A stretch of 64,000 nt of DNA from an uncultured Armatimonadetes bacterium (GCA_963717145.1 OY970325.1:704001-768000); one strand, 5' to 3'; counted from the first letter of the stretch, positions 48,641 to 58,323 are shown. Made by a program: numbers and translations. The notes: a model not told the origin generated them from the letters alone.

Positions 48641-48669
48641 TTGTCAGGGGAGGGTGCTTGTGGTATAAT
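48641..48669 (+). promoter_or_regulatory. Promoter of the rpmE operon
   Basis: TTGTCA-17 nt-TATAAT, immediately outside the IS direct repeat. Confidence 0.75.
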
Positions 48670-48685
48670 GTGCTGGTTCCATTAA

Positions 48686-48760
48686 CCCCCTCGGCCCAGA
48701 GGCCGGTCCCTCTTCGTAAGGGGGACATCACTCGGGCCGGTCCCCTTCGTTGGGGGACAT
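48686..48760. repeat. Family C tandem pair in the rpmE 5' leader
   Basis: Same unit as 5516-5600. Confidence 0.85.
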
Positions 48761-48799
48761 CAGCCGCGGGGGATGATTCTCAACGAAGGAGAGATTCAG

Positions 48800-49039
48800 T
48801 TGAAAAAAGGCATTCATCCTACATACGGGCCGGCAACGGTGCACTGTGCATGCGGGAACTCGTTCGAGACTCAGTCGACGTCACCCGAGATCCGAGTGGA
48901 AATCTGCTCGGGGTGCCATCCGTTCTTCACCGGTCGCCAGAAGATCATCGACACCGAGGGACGTGTCGAGAAGTTCATGCAGAAGTATAAGATGACCCAG
49001 ACGGGGACAAAGGCAGAGACTCCGAAGTCGGAGAAGTAG
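48800..49039 (+). CDS. rpmE: 50S ribosomal protein L31 (Zn-binding type)
   Basis: TTG start; KKGIHP.Y...CACG...[23 protein letters not shown]. Confidence 0.96.
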   Translation: MKKGIHPTYGPATVHCACGNSFETQSTSPEIRVEICSGCHPFFTGRQKIIDTEGRVEKFMQKYKMTQTGTKAETPKSEK

Positions 49040-49040
49040 C

Positions 49041-49715
49041 TTGCGAGTGGTGCTGCTCAGTCACACGCAGGACCCGGAACGAACGGTTGCTGCGGCGATT
49101 AGGCTCTGCTACTCCTCAGTGGGCATCGATAGCATTCGGGAACGTGTAGACGATGCGGAAGCGGCGCGGCTGATCGAAAAGGTGCTCGGACTCGGGCACT
49201 TCTCCGTGCTCGAGCATGCATCGTTTACTTTTGGTATCGAGGGAGTCTCCAGGGCCTGCTCCCATCAGTTGGTGCGTCACCGTCTGGCATCGTATTCTCA
49301 GCAGAGCCAGCGATACGTGAAGATGCAGGACCTGGAGTTCTTCATTCCGCCTGCGATCGCTGCGAATGAACATGCTGCCGAGCGATACTCTGCCACAATG
49401 GGTCAGTTGCAGCAGTGCTATGACGACTTGCTGGCTGACGGCTTCGAGGCGGAGGACGCGCGATACGTCCTGCCGAACGCAGCATACACCAGCGTCATAA
49501 TGACCGCCAACGCGCGCAGCCTGCTGAACTTCTTCGAGCTGCGACTCTGCACGCGGGCACAGTACGAGATCCGGCAGTTGGCGGAACTGATGCTGGCGGA
49601 GGTGCGGAAGGCGGCCCCCATTCTCTTCGCGAAGGCGGGCCCGACGTGCGACACGAAGGACTTCTGCGGCGAGGGCGAGATGACCTGCGGGCGGGTTGCG
49701 AACAGGAATCATTGA
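49041..49715 (+). CDS. thyX: FAD-dependent thymidylate synthase
   Basis: GHFSVLEHA, SRACSHQLVRHRLASYSQQSQRY, EDARYVLP. Confidence 0.96.
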   Translation: MRVVLLSHTQDPERTVAAAIRLCYSSVGIDSIRERVDDAEAARLIEKVLGLGHFSVLEHASFTFGIEGVSRACSHQLVRHRLASYSQQSQRYVKMQDLEFFIPPAIAANEHAAERYSATMGQLQQCYDDLLADGFEAEDARYVLPNAAYTSVIMTANARSLLNFFELRLCTRAQYEIRQLAELMLAEVRKAAPILFAKAGPTCDTKDFCGEGEMTCGRVANRNH

Positions 49716-49717
49716 CA

Positions 49718-49786
49718 GTAGGGGTGAAGCATTGGCTTCCGCTAACCGACATGCTGCATATTCGGTAGCCAATGCTTCGCCCCTAC
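49718..49786. repeat. REP doublet, family A
   Basis: GTAGGGGTGAAGCATTGGC...GCCAATGCTTCGCCCCTAC. Confidence 0.88.
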
Positions 49787-49808
49787 AAGATTGGAATCGG
49801 AGGCAATA

Positions 49809-50789
49809 GTGGCGGATACTCCACAATACGGCGGACAGGCGGTTATCGAGGGGGTCATGATGCGCGGCCCGAAGTACTATGCCGTCGCATGCCGCCGCGC
49901 GAACAACGAGATCGTCATCGAACAGGAATCGGTCGAGACGATCCTCCGCAAGTTCCAGTGGCTGAATAAGCCGTTCCTCCGAGGCACGCTGGCGCTCATA
50001 GACGCCATGGCTCTCGGCATGAAGGCGCTCATGTTCTCCGCGAACCTTGCGATGGAGGACGTCGAGAAGGCCGAAGCCGAGAAGCCGAAGAAGGAGAAGC
50101 CCGGCAGGAAAGCCAAGCCCAAAGCGAAGCCGGAGGGCCCTCAGAAGATCAACGACATCGCCGTCTGGGGCACGATGATCCTGGCGCTCGGACTGGCGAT
50201 CGGGATATTCTTCGTGCTGCCTCAACTTCTCGCGGGTCTGCTCCAGAAGAAGATTCAGAGCCATCTGCTTCTCAATGTGATCGACGGCGTCATCAGATTT
50301 GCGTTCTTCATCGCGTATATCGTCGGGATCTCATACATGAAGGACATCAAGCGGGTGTTCCAGTATCATGGCGCGGAGCACCGGGTGATAAACACCTTCG
50401 AGGCAGGGCTCGATCTCACTCCGGAGAACATCCGGGAGTTCGGCACTGTCCACCAGCGCTGTGGGACGAGCTTCCTGCTGATAGTCATGGTGATCGCGAT
50501 CGTGGTCCACATGTTCCTGGGATGGAATCCCGCGTGGTATCTGCGAGTCCCTCTCCGGTTGGCGTTCCTGCCGGTGATTGCGGGTCTGGCGTACGAGACG
50601 ATCCGATTCGCGGGCAAGCACAGGGGATCGAGGGTGATGAACACTCTTCTGTCGCCGGGCCTGCTCCTTCAGCGGGTGACCACTCAGCCGCCGTCGGAGG
50701 ATCAGGTGGAGGTCGCGGTTGCGGCACTCCAGGCGGTTTTGGCGAAAGAGAACGAGTTGCCGGCGGTCCCAGCGCCCGAACTGACGTAA
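49809..50789 (+). CDS. DUF1385 membrane protein
   Basis: YGGQAVIEGVMMR, VFQYHGAEH, H.RCGTSF. Confidence 0.93.
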   Translation: MADTPQYGGQAVIEGVMMRGPKYYAVACRRANNEIVIEQESVETILRKFQWLNKPFLRGTLALIDAMALGMKALMFSANLAMEDVEKAEAEKPKKEKPGRKAKPKAKPEGPQKINDIAVWGTMILALGLAIGIFFVLPQLLAGLLQKKIQSHLLLNVIDGVIRFAFFIAYIVGISYMKDIKRVFQYHGAEHRVINTFEAGLDLTPENIREFGTVHQRCGTSFLLIVMVIAIVVHMFLGWNPAWYLRVPLRLAFLPVIAGLAYETIRFAGKHRGSRVMNTLLSPGLLLQRVTTQPPSEDQVEVAVAALQAVLAKENELPAVPAPELT

Positions 50790-50796
50790 GAACATT

Positions 50797-50861
50797 GTAG
50801 TGGCCGTGCCTCTGTGCCGGCCACGTAACGTTGCAGGCCGGCACAGAGGCACGGCCACTAC
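50797..50861. repeat. REP doublet, family B, with a compensatory change in both arms
   Basis: CTCTGTGCC/GGCACAGAG instead of CTCAGTGCC/GGCACTGAG. Confidence 0.88.
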
Positions 50862-50882
50862 ACGATGAAGGTTCTTCCCACT

Positions 50883-51953
50883 ATGTTCGAACGACTGAAC
50901 GAAGTCGAGGATAGATTCGACGATCTTACCAGACGGATGAGCGACCCCGAGGTCTTCAACGACCAGAAGGCCTATCAACAGGTCGCCAAGGAGCACTCGA
51001 GCCTGACCGAACTCGTCACCAAGTACAAGGAGTTCAAGAGCATCCAGCAGCAGAAGCGCGAGACCGAGGAACTCCTCCACGAGCAACTCGACGACGACAT
51101 GCGCAACTTCGCTCAGACCGAACTCGACGAACTCAAAGAGAAGGAACACCGACGCGAAGAGGAACTGCAGGTCCTTCTGCTGCCCACTGACCCGAACGAC
51201 GACAAGAGCGTCATGATCGAGGTCCGCGCGGGCACGGGGGGCGAGGAAGCAGCTCTCTTCGCGAACGAACTCCTGCGGATGTACATGCGATACGCCGAGC
51301 GCCGTCGTTGGAAGACGGAGCTGATGAGCATCAACGAGACCGGCATCGGCGGCATCAAGGAGGCGGTTCTCGCGATCGACGGGCGAGGCGCGTACAGCGT
51401 GCTGAAGTACGAGAGCGGTGTCCATCGCGTCCAGCGCGTGCCCGAGACCGAGAGCGGTGGGCGAATCCATACCTCGGCGGCGACTGTAGCGGTCATGCCC
51501 GAGGCCGAGGAAGTCGAGGTCGAAATAGATCCGGAAGACCTCGACATCGACACCTTCCGCTCATCGAGCGCGGGCGGACAGAACGTCCAAAAGAATGAGA
51601 CCGCCGTCAGACTCACTCACAGACCGACCGGCCTCATCACGAGCTGCCAGGACGAGCGCTCGCAGCTCCAGAACAAGGAGAAGGCGATGCGCATGCTCCG
51701 TGCGATGCTCCTCGAGCGAATGATCCGCATGCAGCAGGACGAGATCAGCGCATCCCGGAAGAGCATGGTCGGGAGCGGCGACCGGAGCGAGAAGATCCGC
51801 ACGTACAATTTCCCCCAGGGCAGAATAACCGATCATCGCATCGGGTTCAGCACGCACAATATCTCGATGTTCATGGAAGGCGACATCCAGGAGATGATCG
51901 ACCGCCTGATCGCCGCCGACCAGGCCGAGCGCCTCAAGGGCGACGAAGACTGA
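50883..51953 (+). CDS. prfA: Peptide chain release factor 1
   Basis: EVRAGTGGEEAALF, ESGVHRVQRVPETE (PxT), GGQ, RSEKIRTYNFPQ. Confidence 0.97.
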   Translation: MFERLNEVEDRFDDLTRRMSDPEVFNDQKAYQQVAKEHSSLTELVTKYKEFKSIQQQKRETEELLHEQLDDDMRNFAQTELDELKEKEHRREEELQVLLLPTDPNDDKSVMIEVRAGTGGEEAALFANELLRMYMRYAERRRWKTELMSINETGIGGIKEAVLAIDGRGAYSVLKYESGVHRVQRVPETESGGRIHTSAATVAVMPEAEEVEVEIDPEDLDIDTFRSSSAGGQNVQKNETAVRLTHRPTGLITSCQDERSQLQNKEKAMRMLRAMLLERMIRMQQDEISASRKSMVGSGDRSEKIRTYNFPQGRITDHRIGFSTHNISMFMEGDIQEMIDRLIAADQAERLKGDED

Positions 51954-51984
51954 GTTTGGAGTGAGGAGTCGGGGAGCGAAGACC

Positions 51985-52062
51985 CGTCGTTGGGGATGGA
52001 GTTGGACTCCATCCCCGATGACCAGGCCAGGGGGATGGAGTCCAACTCCATCCCCAACGACG
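51985..52062. repeat. Nested palindrome doublet (GGGGATGGAGTTGGACTCCATCCCC)
   Basis: Perfect 32-bp inverted arms, each of which is itself a hairpin. Confidence 0.88.
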
Positions 52063-52073
52063 AGGAGTGTAGA

Positions 52074-52922
52074 GTGCCGAAAGAGACCGTCCATCGTCTC
52101 CTGGATCGAGCATCGCGGAGCCTCACGCAGTCGGGCATCGACACACCGCGCCTGAATGCGGAGGTTCTCCTGGCACACGCCACCGGGTCCTCGCGCGCCG
52201 CACTGATTGCTCACCCGGAATCGGTCCCCACTGAGGACCAGACCGCGCTATTCCGCCAATGGGTCGAGCTTCGAGCGAAGAGGATGCCGCTCGCATACAT
52301 CATCGGCAGTCGGGGGTTCTACGGTCTGGAGTTCGAAGTCACGCCGGCGGTCCTGATCCCGCGCCCGGAGACCGAGATCCTTGTGGAGACGACGATCCGG
52401 TTGCTGGGAGAAAAGCCATGTGTGATCGCGGACCTGGGAGTCGGCAGTGGGGCGATCGCGGTGGCGCTCGCAGTGTCGCTGCCGGAAGCGCATCTCTATT
52501 GCACCGACACGTCGCACGAGGCGCTGGACATCGCCCGCCGGAACGCCGACAAGCACGGGGTGGGGGAGCGAATCCATCTCCGGGAGGGCAATCTGCTCGA
52601 ACCCTTCGACGATCTCTCGTTCGATGCCATCGTCTCCAATCCGCCATACATCCGGTCCGATGAACTCGATCTCCTCCAGCCGGAGATTGCGCTCTACGAG
52701 CCACGCGCCGCGCTCGATGGCGGGCGGGATGGCTTCGACTTCTTCAGGAGGATTGTTCCCGAGTCGCCGGGATTCCTGAAGCTGGACGGGTTTCTGCTCG
52801 TCGAAGTCGGTATGAGGCAATCGGAGGAAGTCTGCGCCCTGTTCCGAAAGAACGGCTACCTTGATGTCCACACGGTAGACGACTACGCCGGCATCGAGCG
52901 AGTCATCGTCGGGCGAATCTGA
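52074..52922 (+). CDS. prmC: Release factor glutamine methyltransferase
   Basis: PLAYIIG, VLIPRPETE, DLGVGSGAI, VSNPPY; GTG start with a GAGGAG RBS. Confidence 0.96.
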   Translation: MPKETVHRLLDRASRSLTQSGIDTPRLNAEVLLAHATGSSRAALIAHPESVPTEDQTALFRQWVELRAKRMPLAYIIGSRGFYGLEFEVTPAVLIPRPETEILVETTIRLLGEKPCVIADLGVGSGAIAVALAVSLPEAHLYCTDTSHEALDIARRNADKHGVGERIHLREGNLLEPFDDLSFDAIVSNPPYIRSDELDLLQPEIALYEPRAALDGGRDGFDFFRRIVPESPGFLKLDGFLLVEVGMRQSEEVCALFRKNGYLDVHTVDDYAGIERVIVGRI

Positions 52923-52923
52923 C

Positions 52924-54645
52924 TCACCAGACGACCGAGGGCGCGGTCTTCGTGCGGGAGAGGTCGAACCGGCTCTGGTCACTCATGCTCTCGAGCGTCC
53001 TCCGGAAGATCGGGTAGATGCTCCCCGGCGGATCGATCGTCATGAGCGTCGGTCCGCGCCACGAGAGCCCGTAGTTCGTGTCGCGGACGTACTCCTCGTT
53101 GGAGTACTCGTGCACCGGGAAGCCGAGTTCGAGCACGCTGCCAGGCGACACATCGTCGAACCGCAGATACGCTCCGTCCGGCCGAGGCGGGGACGACTCG
53201 CCGCTGACGGATATGTCGAGGTCCGCTCCGTTCAGCCACCCCGGCATGCGGATCAGCACGTTCGATGCCTTGTGCACCGCCACGCTGAGCCGTCCCTCCC
53301 AGGGCTGATAGCTCATCACGTCCGCCCACTCCGACCGCCAACTCAACATGAGGTTCACCTTCACGTCGCTCCCGTCCGCCTCGATCGCATGACTCCACGC
53401 GAGGTAGAATCCCCGCACCGCCGACGCCGTGCAGCACCCCTCCAGCCCGAGTTCCGAGCATCCCGTCAGGTCGTTGGGCATCACCCACGAGTCATACGAG
53501 CCCACGGTCATCGCCTCCACCTGGGGCGACGCGAACTCGAGGCGCGACACGTCCCTGATCTGGTTCTCCAGCATCTGGTTGCGCACCATCAGCTCCACGA
53601 AGTCGAGGCACTCCTCCGCCCCGCACTCCGCGAGCTTGATCCCGAGGTGGATGAGGTCGGTGCAGCAGCACGTCTCGCCGGTCACGATGCCGTCATCGTA
53701 GTCGATGCCGTCTGGGACCCATCCGAAGCTGCTCGAATTGGCGACGATGAAGTTCCCGACCTTCGAGCACCAGGCCATCAGCCCGTCGTCTTCCGTCGCC
53801 ATCGCGTATCGGAGGACGCCGACCGTGCTCGGGAGGATGCCCCAACTGTGGAGGTGTCCCCGGAAGCGCCCGTCCATGTGAACGACGCCGCTCTCGTAAA
53901 CGAAGAAGTTGACCAGCGCGCGAATCAGCCTCATCGCGCCTTTGCTCTCGGTCGATTCCCAATACCTCATGAGCGGGAGGATCTGGAGGACGCCGTATGC
54001 GGGAAGCGCCCCCGGCCCCAGGTCCTTCGATTCGTATGCCGACACGCCGGTCCAGCCGCTCGGGGCGTATCGGTGGCCGGGGTAGTAGCAGAAGTCGTCC
54101 TTCTTCACCGCGACGTTCCACAGCCCCTCGATCAGGCGCTCGATCCGCTCCTCGATCTCGACGCTCCCCGACTCCAGGTACATGCTCGTGAGGGCCATGA
54201 TCGCCCGGCTCTGGCAGAACATATCCGCGTTCTCCGGCACACCGAGCCTATCGTCCCCCCGCTGTAGGGGCGTGCCTTGTGCCGCCTGCAACGCCTCACC
54301 GGGCGGCACAAGGCACGCCCCTACAGGGTGGGTGGCATCGGGAAGGCTGAAATCATAGAACAGACCGTCGTCCGGGCTCTGGGTGGCGAGGAGGTATCGC
54401 CTCACAGCCTCCTCCTCCTCGGTCACCGGCCAGTCGAACATCTGCCGTGCGAGGATCCAGGCGTCGGTGAACCGCGACGACATGTCCACGCAGTCCCATG
54501 AGGCGTGGTTGGCCATCATCACCCCGTCCTTGACCGAAAGGTCGAAGAATGGGCGGAAGTTTGCTTGCGGGTCGAGGCGGTGCCGCAGGCTCTTCACCGC
54601 CATCTCAGCGGCCTGGTAGAATGTGGTGTCGCAGGTTTCAGTCAT
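52924..54645 (-). CDS. GH127/GH146-like (beta-L-arabinofuranosidase-type) protein, with in-frame REP insertion
   Basis: GHLH, ETCC and GCC motifs match the Zn/Cys arrangement of GH127; C-terminal IRMPGW and RGP beta domain. Confidence 0.65.
   Translation of the reverse strand: MTETCDTTFYQAAEMAVKSLRHRLDPQANFRPFFDLSVKDGVMMANHASWDCVDMSSRFTDAWILARQMFDWPVTEEEEAVRRYLLATQSPDDGLFYDFSLPDATHPVGACLVPPGEALQAAQGTPLQRGDDRLGVPENADMFCQSRAIMALTSMYLESGSVEIEERIERLIEGLWNVAVKKDDFCYYPGHRYAPSGWTGVSAYESKDLGPGALPAYGVLQILPLMRYWESTESKGAMRLIRALVNFFVYESGVVHMDGRFRGHLHSWGILPSTVGVLRYAMATEDDGLMAWCSKVGNFIVANSSSFGWVPDGIDYDDGIVTGETCCCTDLIHLGIKLAECGAEECLDFVELMVRNQMLENQIRDVSRLEFASPQVEAMTVGSYDSWVMPNDLTGCSELGLEGCCTASAVRGFYLAWSHAIEADGSDVKVNLMLSWRSEWADVMSYQPWEGRLSVAVHKASNVLIRMPGWLNGADLDISVSGESSPPRPDGAYLRFDDVSPGSVLELGFPVHEYSNEEYVRDTNYGLSWRGPTLMTIDPPGSIYPIFRRTLESMSDQSRFDLSRTKTAPSVVW
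54262..54326. repeat. GTAG-REP doublet in frame inside a CDS
   Basis: CTGTAGGGGCGTGCCTTGTGCCGCC...GGCGGCACAAGGCACGCCCCTACAG. Confidence 0.9.
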
Positions 54646-54672
54646 ACATGAGGTTTTCGACCGTGGGAGGCG

Positions 54673-55014
54673 CTAATCCTCTTCCGCCGGGAGTAGCGGC
54701 TCGACGACGGCGATCAGCGCGGGGATACTTGCGTGGATCGCCTCCCAGACGACCTCCAAGTCTATGTCGTCGTAGCCATGAATGACTCTGTTGCGCATGC
54801 CAACCATCTTCCTCCATGGCAATTCAGGATGATCGACTACAAATGGGGTTGAGACACGACCTGCTGCCTCGCCTACTATTGCGAATTGGTGAAGGACTGC
54901 GGACTGCGTCAGTTTGTTCAGAGAGAACTCCTCGAAGGTCATCCTCCCGACGAAGTCTCCGATCTGGTGCGCCGCTTTGAGGACGTCCGCAAGGTAGCCG
55001 AGGTCACGGTCCAT
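54673..55014 (-). CDS. HepT-like (DUF86) HEPN ribonuclease
   Basis: VGEAA, LPWR.M.GMRNRVIHGY (RxxxxH), VW. Confidence 0.92.
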   Translation of the reverse strand: MDRDLGYLADVLKAAHQIGDFVGRMTFEEFSLNKLTQSAVLHQFAIVGEAAGRVSTPFVVDHPELPWRKMVGMRNRVIHGYDDIDLEVVWEAIHASIPALIAVVEPLLPAEED

Positions 55015-55315
55015 AGATGACCTCCGCGGAGGAGAGGATCGCCTTTCGGCGTATCCAGTTCGAACTGCGTTCGATCCCGCGCCTCATGGTGAGATCGGCT
55101 TTCCGCCCGAGGATGTCCGTGAGTTCATCCTCAATGTCGGTGAGGTCGAAGAGGCTGATCCTGGAGTCGGGGGCGAAGGTGACGAGCACATCCACGTCGC
55201 TGTCGGGGCGGAAGTCGTCGCGCAGGACCGAGCCGAAGAGTGCGAGTTCCGTGATCCCCCAGCGGCGGCAGAACTCCTTGATGCGGTCCATGTCCAGGTT
55301 GATATGCGGGCTCAT
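55004..55315 (-). CDS. MntA-like minimal nucleotidyltransferase
   Basis: LFGSVLRDDFRPDSDVDVLV; overlaps the HepT-like gene. Confidence 0.92.
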   Translation of the reverse strand: MSPHINLDMDRIKEFCRRWGITELALFGSVLRDDFRPDSDVDVLVTFAPDSRISLFDLTDIEDELTDILGRKADLTMRRGIERSSNWIRRKAILSSAEVIYGP

Positions 55316-55354
55316 CGTCTCGTTCTCCGAGGCCATTATACCATATACCAACTG

Positions 55355-55440
55355 CGACGGCTGTCATTCTGAACGCAGTGAAGAATCTGGCTGCTGCAGA
55401 TGGGCCAGATTCTTCACTATGTTCAGAGTGACAGTCGTCG
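55355..55440. repeat. Palindromic repeat family D
   Basis: CTGTCATTCTGAAC...GAAGAATCTGGC / GCCAGATTCTTC...GTTCAGAGTGACAG. Confidence 0.85.
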
Positions 55441-55453
55441 AGTCAGAAGCAAG

Positions 55454-56320
55454 CTAATACTCCGGCGGGAGGTCCTTGAGCTGGGCGTTGGAGAAGACCG
55501 GGCCGTCGGTGCAGACGTAGTACTGGCCGATGTTGCACCGGCCGCACTTGCCGATGCCGCACTTCATCTTCATTTCGAGCGTCGTGTAGATCTGCTCGTC
55601 GGCGAACCCGAGTTCCTTGAGGCCGGGGAGCGTGAACTTGATCATGATCGGCGGTCCACAAACGATGGCGACCGCGTTCTCGGGCGACGGCTTCAGGTCG
55701 GTCACATACGCCGGCACGAATCCGACGTTCTTGTCCCAGCCCTCCTCGGCCTTGTCGATCGTGAGGAACAGCTCCGTGTTCGGCGAATTCGCCCACTCGT
55801 CGAACTCATACTTGAACGACAGATCGCCGGTCGAGCGCGCACCGTAGACGATGTTCACCTTGCCGTAATCCTGGCGGTTGTCGAGGCAGAAGTTGAGCAG
55901 CGACCGCAGCGGGGCCATCCCGATTCCACCGCCGACGAACCAGAGGTCCTTGCCCTTGAACTTCTCGTAGGGGAACCAGTTCCCAAGCGGTGCGCGGATT
56001 CCGACCGTCGTGCCCTCGCTCATCTCATGGAGGGCGCTGGTGACGGCGCCGACTTTCTTCACGGAGAACTCGACGTATCCCTTGCGGGTCGAACTCGAGG
56101 TCAGGCAGAACGTCGCCTCGCCGACGCCGAACGCGGACACGATCTGGAACTGACCGGGCTCGTAGGTGAACGCCTCCCGGTATTCCTCGTCGTCGAACAC
56201 GGCGCGGAACGTCTTCGTGTCCCAGGTCTCCTCGATCACCTTCTCGATGGTCGCCAGCTTCGGCACATATGGATTATCGCACATACACCTGCTCGCATTC
56301 TCTGTCAAACTCACGCTCAT
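55454..56320 (-). CDS. flxA: FAD/NAD(P)-binding 2Fe-2S subunit (FlxA-like)
   Basis: PGQF, GGGIGMAP, YGAR, CGPP.M, KCGIGKCGRC...CTDGPVF. Confidence 0.88.
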   Translation of the reverse strand: MSVSLTENASRCMCDNPYVPKLATIEKVIEETWDTKTFRAVFDDEEYREAFTYEPGQFQIVSAFGVGEATFCLTSSSTRKGYVEFSVKKVGAVTSALHEMSEGTTVGIRAPLGNWFPYEKFKGKDLWFVGGGIGMAPLRSLLNFCLDNRQDYGKVNIVYGARSTGDLSFKYEFDEWANSPNTELFLTIDKAEEGWDKNVGFVPAYVTDLKPSPENAVAIVCGPPIMIKFTLPGLKELGFADEQIYTTLEMKMKCGIGKCGRCNIGQYYVCTDGPVFSNAQLKDLPPEY

Positions 56321-57345
56321 GCCGACACCTTGCTCTCAGATTCGATCGTCTCGATCACCTTGCGAATGTCAATGTTTACGGGGCAAACTGCGACACACCT
56401 GCCACAACCGACGCAGCCGAGGATCTCGTAGCGCTCGGGCGAATACTTGAACTTGTGGAAGACGCGCTGCCTCGTCCGCTCGACCCTCGACGGCCGCGGA
56501 TTGTGTCCATGGCCCATGTGGGTGAACTTGTCGAACTGGCAGGTGTCCCAGCAGCGGAATCGGCTACCCTTCTTGCCCTGCGCGTACTCCATGATGTCGA
56601 AGCAGTGACACGTCGGGCAGAGGAACGAGCATGCCCCGCACCCGAGGCAAACCTCCGCGAGCTTCTTCCAGATCGGATCGTCCCAGTCGTATGACTCCGA
56701 GGCCTTCGCGTGATCGACCGGTTTGGGGAGCTTCTCAAGCACGGATTGCCGAAGCGCCTCGACCGCCTGCTTGTCGGCGTCGGTCGCCGCTGAGAACTGT
56801 GAAGCGGCGAGCAGTTCCTCGCCCTTCGCTGTCAGCGCTTCGGCATAGTACTTCTCCCCGAGATCGGTCAGGTAGACATCCATGTTGATCGGATTCGACA
56901 GGAAGTCGCCTACTTCGGTGCAGAAGCAGGTCCACGAGGGCTTGTTGCAGAACAGCCCGACGATCGCGGTGTGCTCGCGCCGATCGAAGTACGGGGTGTC
57001 TACCGGCTCGACGTTCGAGTAGACGGCATCGACGTACTTCAGGGCGGCGGCATCACATGCCCGCGCGCCGAAAAGCAGCCTGTCCTTCTTGACTCCCTGG
57101 GGCGGGGTGACCTCTGCGGACAGCCCCTCGAGCTTGTACTCAAAGAGCGTCTCGGTCTCGGGCGAGAAGTGCTCCCGGATCCCGCTCTTGGCGGGCGTCG
57201 GCCCGAGATCGATCAACGATGGATCATCGACAGGCTTGAATCGCGTGACCCCATCGTCCGTCACCGGCGCGATGACCTCGAGCTTCTCCGCCAGGCTCTT
57301 CAGCCACGATGCAATATCTTGTTTGGAGATAACCTTGCTTTCCAC
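56317..57345 (-). CDS. flxB: 4Fe-4S dicluster protein (FlxB-like)
   Basis: RACD, CFC, CLGCGACSFLCPTCHCF, WDTC, CVGCGRCVAVCP. Confidence 0.85.
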   Translation of the reverse strand: MESKVISKQDIASWLKSLAEKLEVIAPVTDDGVTRFKPVDDPSLIDLGPTPAKSGIREHFSPETETLFEYKLEGLSAEVTPPQGVKKDRLLFGARACDAAALKYVDAVYSNVEPVDTPYFDRREHTAIVGLFCNKPSWTCFCTEVGDFLSNPINMDVYLTDLGEKYYAEALTAKGEELLAASQFSAATDADKQAVEALRQSVLEKLPKPVDHAKASESYDWDDPIWKKLAEVCLGCGACSFLCPTCHCFDIMEYAQGKKGSRFRCWDTCQFDKFTHMGHGHNPRPSRVERTRQRVFHKFKYSPERYEILGCVGCGRCVAVCPVNIDIRKVIETIESESKVSA

Positions 57346-57375
57346 GTCAGCTCCTAATCGTAATCGTACTCAGTT

Positions 57376-58323
57376 CTACTCTTCCGGACACGGGTCCGGG
57401 TCTTCGGCCTTCCAACTCCCCAGGATAGGGAGCGCCTCGGGGTCTTCTCCGGGCCTCGCCTCGAACATATCCGCGACTTCCATATCGAGCTTCTGCCCGA
57501 GCAGCGAGAGCGGGATGCCCATCGGGCACGCGCGCTCGCACTCCTGGCATCCGATGCATCGGCCCGCGAGGTGCATCGCACGTGTCATGTGGAAGAACCA
57601 GTTCGTGTTCGGATCGGTCGAGCGGGTCACCCACATCTGGCCCACCTTGTCGGCGAAACACTCCTTGCAGTAACATCCCGGGCAGGCCTGACGGCATGCA
57701 TAGCACCGGATGCAGTTGGCGAAGTGCTTCGCCCAGAACTCGCGTCTCTCGATCGGCGACAGCTTTTCGTACTCCTCGACCGCAGCCTTCGAATCGACGA
57801 CCGGCGAACGCGCCGGCTGCTCGCCGAGCTTGGCGTCCGCGACCTCGGGATCGCCGAGTGCGCAGGAGAGGCACTTCGCGAGGAACGCCTTCTCCCTGGG
57901 GATGCTCACTTCACCTGAGCCGGTGGTCACTTTGATGCCGCCGTTCGCCCACTCGATCGACTTCACATCGCCGAGATCGACATCCGCCAGGCCATCGAGA
58001 TCGAGCACGCCGGGGCAGGGGACGGCGATCACCGTCACCTCGTCACGCTTGATCTGGTGCTCCTTGAGCAGTTCTACGACCGACTTCCCGTCGCACGGCT
58101 TGATGACGACCGCGACCTTGCCCTTCTTCACAGCCTGGGGAAGGTAGACGGCGAGGTTGTTCACGCACGTCGGATTCCAGACGAGGCGCTCGGCGTCCTC
58201 AGGAGTCCTGGCATAGAGGGGCGCGCATTTGAACGGCACGCTCCCCGCCTCGTACCCGATGACAGTCCCGACCTGTCCGCTCTCCAGAAGCTCTTTCGCT
58301 TTGTCTCGAAGCTCGTTTTCCAT
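57376..58323 (-). CDS. flxC: 4Fe-4S dicluster protein (FlxC-like)
   Basis: KPCD, CIRCYACRQACPGCYCKEC, HLAGRCIGCQECERACP. Confidence 0.85.
   Translation of the reverse strand: MENELRDKAKELLESGQVGTVIGYEAGSVPFKCAPLYARTPEDAERLVWNPTCVNNLAVYLPQAVKKGKVAVVIKPCDGKSVVELLKEHQIKRDEVTVIAVPCPGVLDLDGLADVDLGDVKSIEWANGGIKVTTGSGEVSIPREKAFLAKCLSCALGDPEVADAKLGEQPARSPVVDSKAAVEEYEKLSPIERREFWAKHFANCIRCYACRQACPGCYCKECFADKVGQMWVTRSTDPNTNWFFHMTRAMHLAGRCIGCQECERACPMGIPLSLLGQKLDMEVADMFEARPGEDPEALPILGSWKAEDPDPCPEE

Noticed and set aside
51990..52073. N-terminal repeat extension of PrmC (MELDSIP..MESNSIP)
   Set aside because: It is a translation of the intergenic palindrome; the GTG at 52074 has a good RBS.
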